Below are positions 47,888 through 58,600 of a stretch of DNA of 64,000 nucleotides, one piece after another. Position numbers and translations under genes: made by a program. Origin of the DNA: Candidatus Poribacteria bacterium (GTDB lineage Bacteria; Poribacteria; WGA-4E; GCA-2687025); the NCBI GenBank assembly GCA_963665845.2, contig OY762492.1, forward strand, positions 960,001 through 1,024,000. Reading direction: 5' to 3'. Position 1 is the stretch's first letter; each line of letters opens with the position of its first letter. Under the pieces are notes generated by a model. That model was given only the letters and a program-made list of their open reading frames with translations. It did not search any database and was not told the origin of the DNA.

Positions 47888-48991
47888 ATGACCTTCTCCA
47901 TGTTCTCAAAGCTTCGCGCCGTTCTTGCAGCAGTCAGCCTGTTCGCTCTGCTCTCCGCCGCCGCAAACGACGATCTGAAGCCGTTGGAAGACCCGACGAA
48001 ACTGGAAAAGCCGACCATCTGTTACGACGGCAGAGAAGGGCTGTACCTGATCGACTGGGACGGACAAAACAGGCGGCTCTGGATGAAAGGAATCTTCAAC
48101 GGACCTGCCAGATGGAGCCGCGACGGACGGTACGCCTCCTTCATGTACAGCCTGGATTATACGCATTACATCCTGGATCTGAAAACCGGACGCCTGATCA
48201 ACATGACGGAGCGTCTAAACCTCAGGGGCCGTAAGGACATCTACATGACCGGCGCATGGTGGTTTCCGGACGGAAGGCGGCTTGCGTGCCGGACAAACAG
48301 CTTTAACAATCCAATCGTAGCTCATTCCGACATCTACGTGTTGGATATTCGCACGACGGAGTTGGAACAGCTCACAGCGACGCCGTTCAAGGATGAGTAT
48401 TGGGCTTCCGTCTCTGGAGACGGCAAGAAAATCGCTTTTGTCGGCTACCCTGTCCGGAAAGATGAAATCAAGATTGACCATGGGGTCGAAAGCCCAGGCC
48501 ACCCTGATCATCTCTATACGATGAATTCAGACGGGTCGAACGTCGTCAATCTGACGAACAGCACCGCGTACGAGACCTACCCTGAATGGTCGCCGGACGG
48601 CAAGAAGATCGCGTTCGAAGCGGTTTTTCGCCCGGAGCAGGCGGGCGAAATTACCGGCGCTGACCTGTATATGATGGATCCGGACGGTTCCAACGTTGAG
48701 CGGCTCACGAACCGCGAAGTTTGCCGGCGGGCGACTCTGCATGATTGGTCGCCTGACAGCAAGTGGATTCTGTTTCATATGGCTGAAGACGACGATTCGC
48801 CGTCCCAGCTTCACCGCATTCATGTGGATACGCGGGAGATTGTGCGGATCGGGTACGCGGGCTCCTCGACGTGGGTCTGGGCGGGCAAAAGCCGCTTCCT
48901 CTCCGTTGACCCAGCGGGTAAAAAAAAAGCGCAGTGGGGGCAGATAAAAGCGGCAGAGGCGCCGCAGGAAAACGCCCCTGACGAAGAATAG
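47888..48991 (+). CDS. TolB/PD40 beta-propeller secreted protein
   Basis: WSPDGKKIAF, LYMMDPDGSNVERLT, tail LSVDPAGKKKAQWGQIK. Confidence 0.85.
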   Translation: MTFSMFSKLRAVLAAVSLFALLSAAANDDLKPLEDPTKLEKPTICYDGREGLYLIDWDGQNRRLWMKGIFNGPARWSRDGRYASFMYSLDYTHYILDLKTGRLINMTERLNLRGRKDIYMTGAWWFPDGRRLACRTNSFNNPIVAHSDIYVLDIRTTELEQLTATPFKDEYWASVSGDGKKIAFVGYPVRKDEIKIDHGVESPGHPDHLYTMNSDGSNVVNLTNSTAYETYPEWSPDGKKIAFEAVFRPEQAGEITGADLYMMDPDGSNVERLTNREVCRRATLHDWSPDSKWILFHMAEDDDSPSQLHRIHVDTREIVRIGYAGSSTWVWAGKSRFLSVDPAGKKKAQWGQIKAAEAPQENAPDEE

Positions 48992-49076
48992 CGGCTGAAA
49001 CGGCGGACGCTTGCCTGCCCCCTCCAGATGACAACGAGCGCGAAACGGCGTACAATGCCTACGGAAGGAGCGCAAA

Positions 49077-50042
49077 ATGGCATTGACCGACCAAGAGCGG
49101 CGGCATTTTGAAGAGGAAGGGTACTTAATCAAGCGGGGCGTGTTCGACAGCGGCGACCTAGAGCCGATCCGAAACGCGCTGCATCAGGAGGTGAGGCGCG
49201 AAGCGGAGCGGGCGCGGAACGAGGGACTTATTGACGAGACGTTTCCGACCGCGTCGTTTGAGCGGCTGCCCGCCCTGCTGGCGGAGCGGTATCCCGACCA
49301 GATCATGCGCATACTCGCCCCGATCTACAGCGGGCGGTTCTCCGGCCCTGAAATGTTCACAACGATTGTTCATCCAAAGATGCTGGCGGTCGTGAAAGAT
49401 TTTGTGGGCGATACGATCATCGGCTCCTCCGTCTACCGCGTCCGTCCAAAGCTGCCGCGCTGGGAACGGGGCGAAGTCCCCTGGCATCAGGATTCGGGTT
49501 ACTTTTTGCCGCATTGCGACGACATGCTCATACTCACATGCTGGGTTCCGCTGACAGACGCCGACGCGGAGAACGGCTGCCTCTGGGTCGCGCCGAGAAG
49601 CCACAAGGAGGGCGTCGTTCGGCACTACACCGGCGGGCATGGCGGCTATCTTGAGATCGCGGGCGGCGATCTGCCCGGCGGCGAGAGCGTCTGCGCGGAG
49701 ATGAAGCGGGGGGATGTTCTGTTTTTAACCAACCTGACGGCGCACGCCTCCTTTGAAAACCGAAGCGATGCGACGCGCTGGAGTTTAGACCTGCGTTATC
49801 AGAACGCGGCGGTTCCAAACAATGTGGACGAAGACCCCGCCAGTTACACGCCGGAGCGCGACCCTGTGACGATGGCATGCTATCCGCCGGAGGCGGATTT
49901 TGTGATACGCGACCCGTCCGATCCAGCGCGCGAATGCCGCGCGGCGGAGCAGTTTTTGGCGATTCGAGAACGCTTTTTTGCGCGGCGCGCGTATATGCCG
50001 GGGCGCGGCTGGACTCCGCTTTCCCGCCGCCCGGACGCTTGA
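49077..50042 (+). CDS. PhyH family dioxygenase
   Basis: FEEEGYL, PWHQDSGY, NGCL, RWSLDLRY. Confidence 0.88.
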   Translation: MALTDQERRHFEEEGYLIKRGVFDSGDLEPIRNALHQEVRREAERARNEGLIDETFPTASFERLPALLAERYPDQIMRILAPIYSGRFSGPEMFTTIVHPKMLAVVKDFVGDTIIGSSVYRVRPKLPRWERGEVPWHQDSGYFLPHCDDMLILTCWVPLTDADAENGCLWVAPRSHKEGVVRHYTGGHGGYLEIAGGDLPGGESVCAEMKRGDVLFLTNLTAHASFENRSDATRWSLDLRYQNAAVPNNVDEDPASYTPERDPVTMACYPPEADFVIRDPSDPARECRAAEQFLAIRERFFARRAYMPGRGWTPLSRRPDA

Positions 50043-50085
50043 GCGGCGGCAGTACGCTTATATGGGAATATTCGCGGGGCTGCGT

Positions 50086-50182
50086 CCGATTCCCCCCTTG
50101 AAAAGGGGGGAACCAGGGGGGTTTAAAGGACGGGCGCAGCGGCTGCGGCGCCTTAAGATTCCCGCTTGCGCGGGAATGACGG
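50086..50182. repeat. REP-like composite A+B
   Basis: Same architecture as 13998-14092 and 19470-19563. Confidence 0.8.
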
Positions 50183-50275
50183 CATGGATCTGCCGCCGCT
50201 TACGCTTTCGGCTAAAATCATGTAGAATATGGGCGGTCCGCTGTTGATTCATTTACTTTGGGAAGGACGCCCTCT

Positions 50276-51277
50276 GTGAGCCGTATCGTTCAACTGGCAG
50301 TCTTGGCAGGTTTGGCGGCGCTTGTATCCTGCGGGGGCGGAGCCGCCGGCCCCGGCGAATCAACGCCGCCGGAGGAACCGGTCGCCGCAACCTTTCATGT
50401 CGACAACGAAAACTGCGCCTCCTGCCACGTCTCCATCTACGAAGAATGGCTCCAGTCCAGACACGCGCAAGCATGGAAAAGCGACCTGTTTAAGCTCACC
50501 TCCGACAACTATACAAAAAAAGAGTGCCTCTCATGCCACGCTCCCGCGCTCATACTTGAAACCGGAATTGCCAACAAGCCTGAACTGCGGAACGAATACC
50601 GGGGACAAGGCGTCGACTGCATCGCCTGCCACCAAGACCCCGAATCGGACGAATGGGTCATGCACGGACCCTACGGCGCCGACTCGCCCGCGCATGGAAC
50701 CGTCCAAAACGACGCCTTTTCCACCGCCGAAGTGTGCGCCTCCTGCCACGGACATGACGAAGAATTCAACCAATACCACTCCTGGAAAGAAAGCGACTAC
50801 GGGCAAACGGATTTCACATGCCAAGCGTGCCACATGCCGCAGACCGAGCGTCTTCTCGCCGACACGGAGACCGACTATCCGCTGCGCTGGGTCGGCGACC
50901 ACTCCTTCCCAGGCGCCCATAACGAGGAGATCGCTTCGGCGGCCGCTTCCGTTGAGATGGAGCGGGACGGCGATGAGCTGGTCGTCTCCGTCCGAAATGA
51001 GGCGGGGCATTTCTTCCCCGGCGGAGCCTACCGCGCCGCCGTTTTACAGGCGGCAGCGGACGGCGTCGAGATCGGACAGCAGACCTACGCCTTTGAGTTC
51101 GGCAACCGCATCGCCTCCGGCGCGACGGTCGAAGCGCGGTTCCCCCTGCCAGACGGCGCCGCCGAAGCGACAGCGCGCCTCGACTTCTATAAAAGCGCCG
51201 TTAGCGACGACGGACGCAGCATTGTTCAAGAGCCGAACGGGATTCTGATCCAGGAACTTCGGCTGGAACTTGAATGA
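50276..51277 (+). CDS. Pentaheme c-type cytochrome lipoprotein (c554-like)
   Basis: Lipobox LVSC. Five CxxCH motifs: CASCH, CLSCH, CIACH, CASCH, CQACH. Confidence 0.88.
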   Translation: MSRIVQLAVLAGLAALVSCGGGAAGPGESTPPEEPVAATFHVDNENCASCHVSIYEEWLQSRHAQAWKSDLFKLTSDNYTKKECLSCHAPALILETGIANKPELRNEYRGQGVDCIACHQDPESDEWVMHGPYGADSPAHGTVQNDAFSTAEVCASCHGHDEEFNQYHSWKESDYGQTDFTCQACHMPQTERLLADTETDYPLRWVGDHSFPGAHNEEIASAAASVEMERDGDELVVSVRNEAGHFFPGGAYRAAVLQAAADGVEIGQQTYAFEFGNRIASGATVEARFPLPDGAAEATARLDFYKSAVSDDGRSIVQEPNGILIQELRLELE

Positions 51278-52068
51278 CCTATTTTGAAGCGGCGCTGCTG
51301 GGCGCTGTGCAGGGGATTGCCGAGTTTTTGCCGGTCAGCAGTTCGGGGCATTTGGCGCTCGCGCAGCAACTTCTGGGATTAGACGCGGATGAGAATCTTG
51401 CGTTCGCCCTTCGCCTGCATGCCGCCACTTTAGGGGCGGTCGTTGCCGCGTTTTGGGGCGATTTGACGAGGCTTACCGGCTCCCTTTTTCGTTTAAAGCC
51501 TGAAGCGCGGCTGGTCGGCATGCTGTTTCTGGCGATGATTCCGACCGGCGCGGCGGCTCTGCTGCTGAAGCCGCATCTGGAAAGCGCGATGGACAGCTCC
51601 GCCGCGGTCGGCGCCGGACTCATCGCCACCGGCTGCATACTTTTTTTCTCAAAGCGGTTCGCGCGGTTTTCTGAAGAGAAAGCGGACGAGATCGAGAAGA
51701 CGAACGTTTGGCGCGCGTTATGGATCGGACTGGCGCAGGGATTTGCCGTTCTGCCGGGCGTCTCCCGCTCCGGCGCGACCATCGGAACAGGCTTACTTCT
51801 TGGGTTAAAGGGGGAGGCGTCCGCGCGCTTTTCCTTTCTGTTGTCGATACTTGCAATTTCCGCCGCCATGTCGTTCGATATCATGGACGGCTTTGAGGAT
51901 TCGCCGGCGGCTCTCGGTCCGTCGCTTGTCGGGGCTGCCGCCGCGTTTTTGACCGGGCTAGCTTCTATCCGCTGGCTCATGCGCCTCGCCCGCTTGAGGC
52001 GTTTTGACGGGTTTGCCTACTACTGCTGGGCGGTCGGAGCCGCCGCCCTTGCCGCATCCATTTTGTAA
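51274..52068 (+). CDS. uppP: Undecaprenyl-diphosphate phosphatase
   Basis: QGIAEFLPVSSSGHL, PGVSRSGATI, ARFSFLL. Confidence 0.95.
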   Translation: MTYFEAALLGAVQGIAEFLPVSSSGHLALAQQLLGLDADENLAFALRLHAATLGAVVAAFWGDLTRLTGSLFRLKPEARLVGMLFLAMIPTGAAALLLKPHLESAMDSSAAVGAGLIATGCILFFSKRFARFSEEKADEIEKTNVWRALWIGLAQGFAVLPGVSRSGATIGTGLLLGLKGEASARFSFLLSILAISAAMSFDIMDGFEDSPAALGPSLVGAAAAFLTGLASIRWLMRLARLRRFDGFAYYCWAVGAAALAASIL

Positions 52069-52093
52069 ACAGGAATCATGAACGGAGACGCAT

Positions 52094-53146
52094 ATGCCGA
52101 AACTTTTTGGAACCAAATTGACCCGCCAGGAGCTGATGCGCCGCGTTGGACGCGTCAGCCAGACCGCAGGAATACGCCGAACCATGCTCCTAGACGGCAT
52201 CGAAAAAGGGGTGGAAAGCGTTGAGATACGTTCAGGGAGCGGTTTCAACCTCTCCGTTCTGCCGACGCGCGGAATGAAGGTCGCCCAGGCGGAATGGCGC
52301 GGCGCGCCGCTTGCGTGGGTCAGCCCCACCGCCGCGGCGCATCCGTCGCATCTGAACGCGCATGACAGCGGCGGCGGGCTGCTCGCTTCGTTCGGCTTGC
52401 AGGATGTCGGACCCTCAACCGGCGGCAGAGGAGAGCTGCCGCGCATTCCCGCCAAAAATGTGACCGCCGACGCCCGATGGGAAGGTTCGGCGCTGCTGCT
52501 TGCCGCTCAAGGCGTTCTCCGCGAAACGGGAGCCAACGGCGAACAGCTGACGATGACGCGCCGCATCGCCGTCCGCGCGGGAGAACACAAGATGCGCGTC
52601 GTCGACCTGATCGAAAACACGGGTTATGTTGACTCGCCCTTTATGTATATGTATCGGATTCATGTCGGGTATCCAGCGCTGGACGAGGGCGCCGAGCTGA
52701 TCTTGTCCGCGCGCGGCGCCGAGCCTGCCGACGACGCCTCCGAGGCGGGAATGAACGACCGGTTTCGATTCACCGCCCCCGAAGCCGAAGCGGTTCCCCA
52801 GACCTTTTACCATGACGCCATCGCGGATGAAAACAGGCATGTCTGGGCGGCGGTTGTCAATAAGCGGTTCAACGGAGGGCAGGGGATCGGCGTCTATGTG
52901 CGTTACCATCAGACGCAGTTTCCGAATTTCATTCAGATGAAGCGCATGGGAGAAGGTTTTTACTCGGCAGGAATGGCGCCGGCGAATTGCAGGGCGGAAG
53001 GCGTTGAAGCGGAACGGGAGCGCGGAACGCTGGAATACATTGAGGCGGGCGGGCGCCGGCATTTTGAAACGGAGATCGGGATTCTGACCAATCAGCAGCA
53101 GATTGGGGAGTTTGAGGAGCGGGCGGCGCGCATCCGCAATCTCTAA
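52094..53146 (+). CDS. Aldose 1-epimerase-like (DUF4432) protein
   Basis: VLPTRGM, W.SP, YRIHVGYPALD. Confidence 0.75.
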   Translation: MPKLFGTKLTRQELMRRVGRVSQTAGIRRTMLLDGIEKGVESVEIRSGSGFNLSVLPTRGMKVAQAEWRGAPLAWVSPTAAAHPSHLNAHDSGGGLLASFGLQDVGPSTGGRGELPRIPAKNVTADARWEGSALLLAAQGVLRETGANGEQLTMTRRIAVRAGEHKMRVVDLIENTGYVDSPFMYMYRIHVGYPALDEGAELILSARGAEPADDASEAGMNDRFRFTAPEAEAVPQTFYHDAIADENRHVWAAVVNKRFNGGQGIGVYVRYHQTQFPNFIQMKRMGEGFYSAGMAPANCRAEGVEAERERGTLEYIEAGGRRHFETEIGILTNQQQIGEFEERAARIRNL

Positions 53147-53301
53147 AACGCGCGGAAATCTTAAGGCATTGCAGCCGCCGCGCGCGTCCTTTAAACCCGC
53201 CTAACCCCTTTCAAGGAGCGAATCGGAACCGCCGAAGCGCTTGATTGATCGGCGTTTCAGACGTAACATAAGCGGGCGACAAACATCAACAGGAGGATAC
53301 A

Positions 53302-53997
53302 ATGAACGGATCCATGAAATGGAAGCCGCTGCTGGCGGAGCTGGTCGGAACCTTCGCGTTCTTCGCCATCGGCGCCGGCGCCATCTGCATCAACGCCGCG
53401 ACGGAGGTCAAACTCGGACTGCTGGGCATCGCCCTGGCGCATGGTCTCATGCTCTCGAACATGATCAACGTCTTCGGTCCGGTCTCCGGCGCCCACTTCA
53501 ACCCGGCGGTCACGCTCGGCGCGCTGGTCGGCAAAAAGATCAAGGCTGGACAGGCGCTGCTCTACGTCATCGCCCAGCTGATTGGGGCGGTTCTCGCCGG
53601 CTATTTTCTGCTGCTCATCTTCAAGGACACGCCCGCAATGGACCCGTCAACATCGTTGGGAACGCCGATGCTCAACGCGGATCTGGTCAATAGCGGGACT
53701 GCCATCCTGATCGAAGCGGCGTTGACCTTCTTCCTCGTCATCTCGGTCTTTGCGACCGGCTTTTCCAACAAGGCGCCGAACGTCCCCGCCATCGGCGGAT
53801 ACGGCATCGGCTTGACGGTGACCGCGGACATACTCATGGGCGGACCCTTGACCGGCGCGGCGATGAACCCGGCGCGCGTCTTCGGTCCAGCGCTCGCTTC
53901 TGGACAATGGGCGTCCCACTGGGTCTACTGGGTCGGTCCGCTTCTGGGCGGCTTGCTGGCGGGGCTGTTCTACAGCCGCATCTTCGGCGACGACTAA
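53302..53997 (+). CDS. MIP family channel (aquaporin)
   Basis: SGAHFNPAVT and AMNPAR (two NPA motifs). Confidence 0.93.
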   Translation: MNGSMKWKPLLAELVGTFAFFAIGAGAICINAATEVKLGLLGIALAHGLMLSNMINVFGPVSGAHFNPAVTLGALVGKKIKAGQALLYVIAQLIGAVLAGYFLLLIFKDTPAMDPSTSLGTPMLNADLVNSGTAILIEAALTFFLVISVFATGFSNKAPNVPAIGGYGIGLTVTADILMGGPLTGAAMNPARVFGPALASGQWASHWVYWVGPLLGGLLAGLFYSRIFGDD

Positions 53998-54353
53998 GGC
54001 GAGACCGTATAGATCGACAACATCTCGGAGGAGGCGCGGTACACCAGAACAACCGCCTGCTCGTTCAGGTCGGCGTTGTCCAGCGCTTTTTTGGCGGAGC
54101 GGTAAATCGGAGGCTCCAAACCCAAAGCGTTTTCAACGCCGTCCCAGTCCAGCGGCGCCGGCAGCGTCTCCTCCGTTTCCACATTGCACATGACAACGAC
54201 GCGCGCCTCCGTCCGCTCCGACGCCTCCCGCGCCAGCCGATGAAACTGATCCGCATAAGCGTTCAGCAGCTCCATATCGGCGCGCTGAATCTGCGCAATC
54301 TGCTCCTGCGACAGCCGCATCTGCGGGTCGGTGATGTGCGGGCGGACTTTCAC
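53994..54353 (-). CDS. Hypothetical protein
   Basis: Directly follows the VWA gene; protein-like composition. Confidence 0.55.
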   Translation of the reverse strand: MKVRPHITDPQMRLSQEQIAQIQRADMELLNAYADQFHRLAREASERTEARVVVMCNVETEETLPAPLDWDGVENALGLEPPIYRSAKKALDNADLNEQAVVLVYRASSEMLSIYTVSP

Positions 54354-54356
54354 GCG

Positions 54357-55538
54357 CTAGCGCGAGCTGCTTAGCTGCTCTTGCTTGTAACGAATCAGCT
54401 GGTCGCGGCTGATGAATTTCACCTTGCCGCCCGTTGAAGCCGCCAGCCTGTTCAGCAGAATCGCTCCAGGAGCGCCCTGCCGATCATCGATCTCCATCCC
54501 GTAAATATCGAGCATCGCGTCCGACTTGTTTGCTGTTTTGAACGCTTTCACAATCACATCAGGGTCCGTCATGACAGTGATTCCGTCCGCGCCGGTCGGC
54601 AGCCCGTCCGTGAGAAGCACAATCACATCCGGCTGCATGGCGCATGCCTTTTGAAGCGCCTCCAGCGTGTTGGTGCCGAGGTTGCGGTTGATCGATTCCT
54701 GCGTGAAGCCCGCCAGGTATTTGCGGGCGCGGCTGATGCTCTTTTCGGAGGAATCCAGCGGCGTTTTGCTCATCTGTCCGACATAGCCGGCAAACGTAAC
54801 GATGTTGAACGTCGCTGACTCGCCCAGCCGATAGGTGTGGTCAATGAGCGAATTCTTGGCAAGAGACAGCTTCTGAAGACCCGCCGCCGACATGCTCGCC
54901 GACACATCCAGCACATAAACGATGCGCCCCTCGAAGATTCCGTCGCCTGTCCCTCTGATGAAGTTAAGCGGATCGCCGTTGCCGCCTTCCCCGCCGCCGA
55001 CCAGCCCGTCGGTTCCGAGGTTTTTGAGATAATGCGATCCGTCGCCGTCGCCTTTCACCCGCGCGCGCCCCGTCGGATCTCCGATTCCGTCGGTCGGTCC
55101 AAAGATCGCCTGCGGACGGCTGAGTCCTGTGACATCGGTCGGAAGGTCGGCTTCGGTCATGATGTCGGGAAGCTGCTTTGTTTTTTCAAAATCGATGTTG
55201 AGCGCGTCTCTCATGAGTTTCCGATCGCTCAACTTTTCCACTTCGGTGCGTTTGTTTTTCGCCTGCTCCATGAGCTTGTTCGGATCCTTGAGAGCGATCT
55301 CGCGATCCTTTTTGATCTTGGTCACCTTCGGCGGAAGCCGGCGGCGCACCTGCTCCTTTTTCTGGAGATCCTGAATCCAGAACACATCGCCTCGGTCAAT
55401 CAGGTCGCGGGCGCCTTCGGACAACGCCAGCATGACCCCCGTCACAGCGATGAGCGCCCCGTGCAAGCACAATGAAATCACGAAAGGCGAACGAGTCTTT
55501 TTGCCTTCTTTTTCCGGTCCGCGCACGATCCTTGTCAT
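54357..55538 (-). CDS. Membrane-anchored VWA domain protein
   Basis: SLCLH TM anchor, Gly-rich linker, MIDAS DVSASM, GTNT, LLTDG. Confidence 0.85.
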   Translation of the reverse strand: MTRIVRGPEKEGKKTRSPFVISLCLHGALIAVTGVMLALSEGARDLIDRGDVFWIQDLQKKEQVRRRLPPKVTKIKKDREIALKDPNKLMEQAKNKRTEVEKLSDRKLMRDALNIDFEKTKQLPDIMTEADLPTDVTGLSRPQAIFGPTDGIGDPTGRARVKGDGDGSHYLKNLGTDGLVGGGEGGNGDPLNFIRGTGDGIFEGRIVYVLDVSASMSAAGLQKLSLAKNSLIDHTYRLGESATFNIVTFAGYVGQMSKTPLDSSEKSISRARKYLAGFTQESINRNLGTNTLEALQKACAMQPDVIVLLTDGLPTGADGITVMTDPDVIVKAFKTANKSDAMLDIYGMEIDDRQGAPGAILLNRLAASTGGKVKFISRDQLIRYKQEQLSSSR

Positions 55539-55669
55539 GATGGTCGCCCCTGTCTGATGTAGCTCCTACCCATATCATACCCTAAACCGTTGGGCGGCGC
55601 AAATAAAGAGCGCCGTTTTTCAACCTTAAACGCCGTTTAAGCGTCTAAACGGGCGCTGTATGCCCCAAA

Positions 55670-58600
55670 TTACTCGTATTTTCGATGGAGCGCAACCGTT
55701 TCATAATCGACCGCCGCGTCGAAACGCCGGCGGAACGCCTCCACATACGGACTTTTCGCGGCTTGAACGCCGTTCACCGTCTCCACCACAATGCGCGGCA
55801 GCGGCTGCGCGGAGCGGGTCAACAACCGCTCAATCGGCGCCAGATAACGGTCTAAGCGCGCGTCGTCCGGCGGAACATGGATCTCCAGCGCCTTGCCCTG
55901 ACGCCGCGACTCCAAGACCAAACGCGCGCCGTGGTACGTCAGATGCGCGCTCGGCTCCCGGCGGGGAAGAAGCCCCCGCGCCGCCTCCAGCTGAAGACCG
56001 CACAGCGATGCGGGATCCGTAGCGTTCAGCCAGTACACCGCGTCGTCGTTCAGAGGCGCCTTCAGCCGCTGAAACGCGCGCTTGGAAATGAACTGCAGCC
56101 CCGGTATCCCATGGAAAAACGCGCCCGCATACACCTCCCCCGCCAGCTCCATGATCCGCAGCGCCCTGAAAACGGACCCCCATTGAAAATGCGGCAGCTC
56201 CCGTTTCAGCAGCTCCCGAAACAGGATGCCGTACCGGTCTAAAAGGGCGCGGACCCGCTCCTTGTTCCGCTCCTCCGCTTCGACGATGTCCGCGGGCGGC
56301 GTCGGCGCCGGCAACAGCGACCATGCCCCCGGCAGAACGGCGGCGCGCTTGCGCTGAAGATAACGCCGCCGGCGCCGATGCGACAGCGCCGGACGTACTT
56401 CCTCCACCGCCGGCGCTCTGAATCTGCCCTCAACCCCCTTCCGCAGCGCCGAAAAGGCGTCGTTCCCGATCTTCCCGCTCCAAACGGCGCCCCACAACGC
56501 CTCCGTGAACGGCGACGCGGTCATACCCGAATTGCGCATCAGGGCGGCAAAATCGTACTTGCCGTTCGGGTCGGTGAACCAGCTCTCCGCTTGCTCCGCC
56601 GCGCCGTTCTCCGCGCCGGTCGGTTCGTTGGGCAGGGCGAGGTCAAAATCCTCCTCATGCGCGAACGCCGCCTTCCGCCCCTCAAAACCGATCCATCTTA
56701 ACCGCTCCTCCTGCATGAGAGCGTCCAGATAGGCGGGTCTATAGTCGGAGACGCGAGCGGGAAAGATCTCCGTCTCCCACAGATCCGCCCGCGCCGGAAA
56801 CGCGAACAGCTGCTCAACCGCCTGAAACAACCCATCTTCCCCCTCGGACGGATTCGTCAACCCCTGCATTTCAGCTAAAAACAGCCCCAGCTGTTCAAAC
56901 GGAAGCGGTTCAAAAACAGGCGACGACCCCGCCCGCGCGATGCGCAAGAGCGTTTCAAAATTCTGCCCGTCGCACAGATACTCGTTCGGATCGTCCGCAA
57001 TCAGCTGACCCGCAATGAGCGTTTCATCGTCCAGAAGCGTCTGCAGCCCGAAGTTCAGCCGCCGCCGACTGACGCCCAGCGACCGGCGCGCAAACTCTTC
57101 GGTGAAGGGACCATAAAATTGCGCCCAGTTTCCCAGCGCCGAAACAAAAAACTGGTCGGCGTCTTTCTCTTCCCTCTCGCTGTCATCCCTCGGCAAACGC
57201 GGCGGCGGCGTTCCCTCCACAATCGGCGTCAAGGGCGTTTCTTCTTTAGGGTAAAGGGCGTCCGCCAACGCTTCCGCCTGTTCAAGCGGCGCAATCAGAT
57301 CTCGAATGCGGGTCAGCTTCTCCGCCGCCGACGACGCCGCAGTATGCGCCTCAACCCCCTCCTCGCGCATTTGCGCCAGCAGGCGGTTCCATTCGTCCAG
57401 CGGAATAACGCCGCGCTCCTTCGTCCAGTCGACCAAGCCGCGCGCGTTGTCGGGCGCGTAGCCAGGGGCGATTCGCTGCAGCTTCGCCTCATACGGCTCA
57501 ACGATCTCGCGCGGTATCCCCGGACGCAGCCCTGGCGTGAATACGACCTGCGCTAGAAGATCCCCCCGCAGGTTCGATTTCTCGGAACCGGTCGGTTCGT
57601 CGCCCGCATACATATAATGGTCGCTGATCTGGCGCCATGCGGTTGTCTGGGCGAAGGGGCTGCCATGGGCGGTTTTCGTTTCCGTCCAACGTATCCGCCC
57701 CGTTTCCAGCTCCTTGAGCAGCTTTTTAAGCGTGTCCATGTCGAACTCGTCCTGCAGGCAGGTTCGCCATGTTTCCAATAAGATCGGGAAGTCGTCATAT
57801 TTTTTGACCGATTCCATCAGTTTTTTAGAACGCAGCCGCGTCAACCAGAGCGGCATGCGCTGACCGATGCGCCCCCGCGTCACCAGCAGGGCGCGCCCGG
57901 CGCATTCTCTAAAACGCGCCCCGAAAAAACCGGAACCTTCCAAACGCTTCCGCAACAGCGGCTCCACCGCGTCCGCATTCACCAGACCAATCAGCTCCTC
58001 CGCGTCCATCCTGAACGGCGCCAGCAGGACGACGCAATCGTTTTCGGCGTACGCCTCCAGGCGCTGCCCGACCGCCTCTTCAAACGCGGCGTCCAGCGCC
58101 ATGGCGAGCGGGCGGTTCACCCTTGACCCCCAAAGCGTATGCAGGATCGTCTGCTCAACGGGCGAATCTTTCACGCCGACTTCAACCCGTTCGATGAGCA
58201 GATGCCGGCGGTGCGGCAGCTCTCCCGCCGCCTTTTTTTGTTGGATGAGCAACTCAAGCAGCGCTTCGGCGGCTTCCTCCTCCATGGCGTACTCGTTCTG
58301 GAGCTGGTCGAGAAAATCGTCCTGTTCCAGGCTCTCGTTTGCGCGTTCTAAAAACTCGCCGATTTGTTCAGAAAAATGAAAATCGCGGTTGATTTTTTCA
58401 GAGCGCCAGAACGGCATATCGTCCGCGCGCCCCTGCGCCGGCGAGACGAACACATCGTTGTTCGTGATGCGCTCAATCTTCCAGCTCTGCGCGCCCAAGG
58501 TGAAAACGGCGCCCTCGTCCCGTTCCCACACAAACTCCTCATCCAGCTCCCCAATGCGCGACCCTGTCCCATGATGGCGCAGATGAAAATAGCCGCGGTC

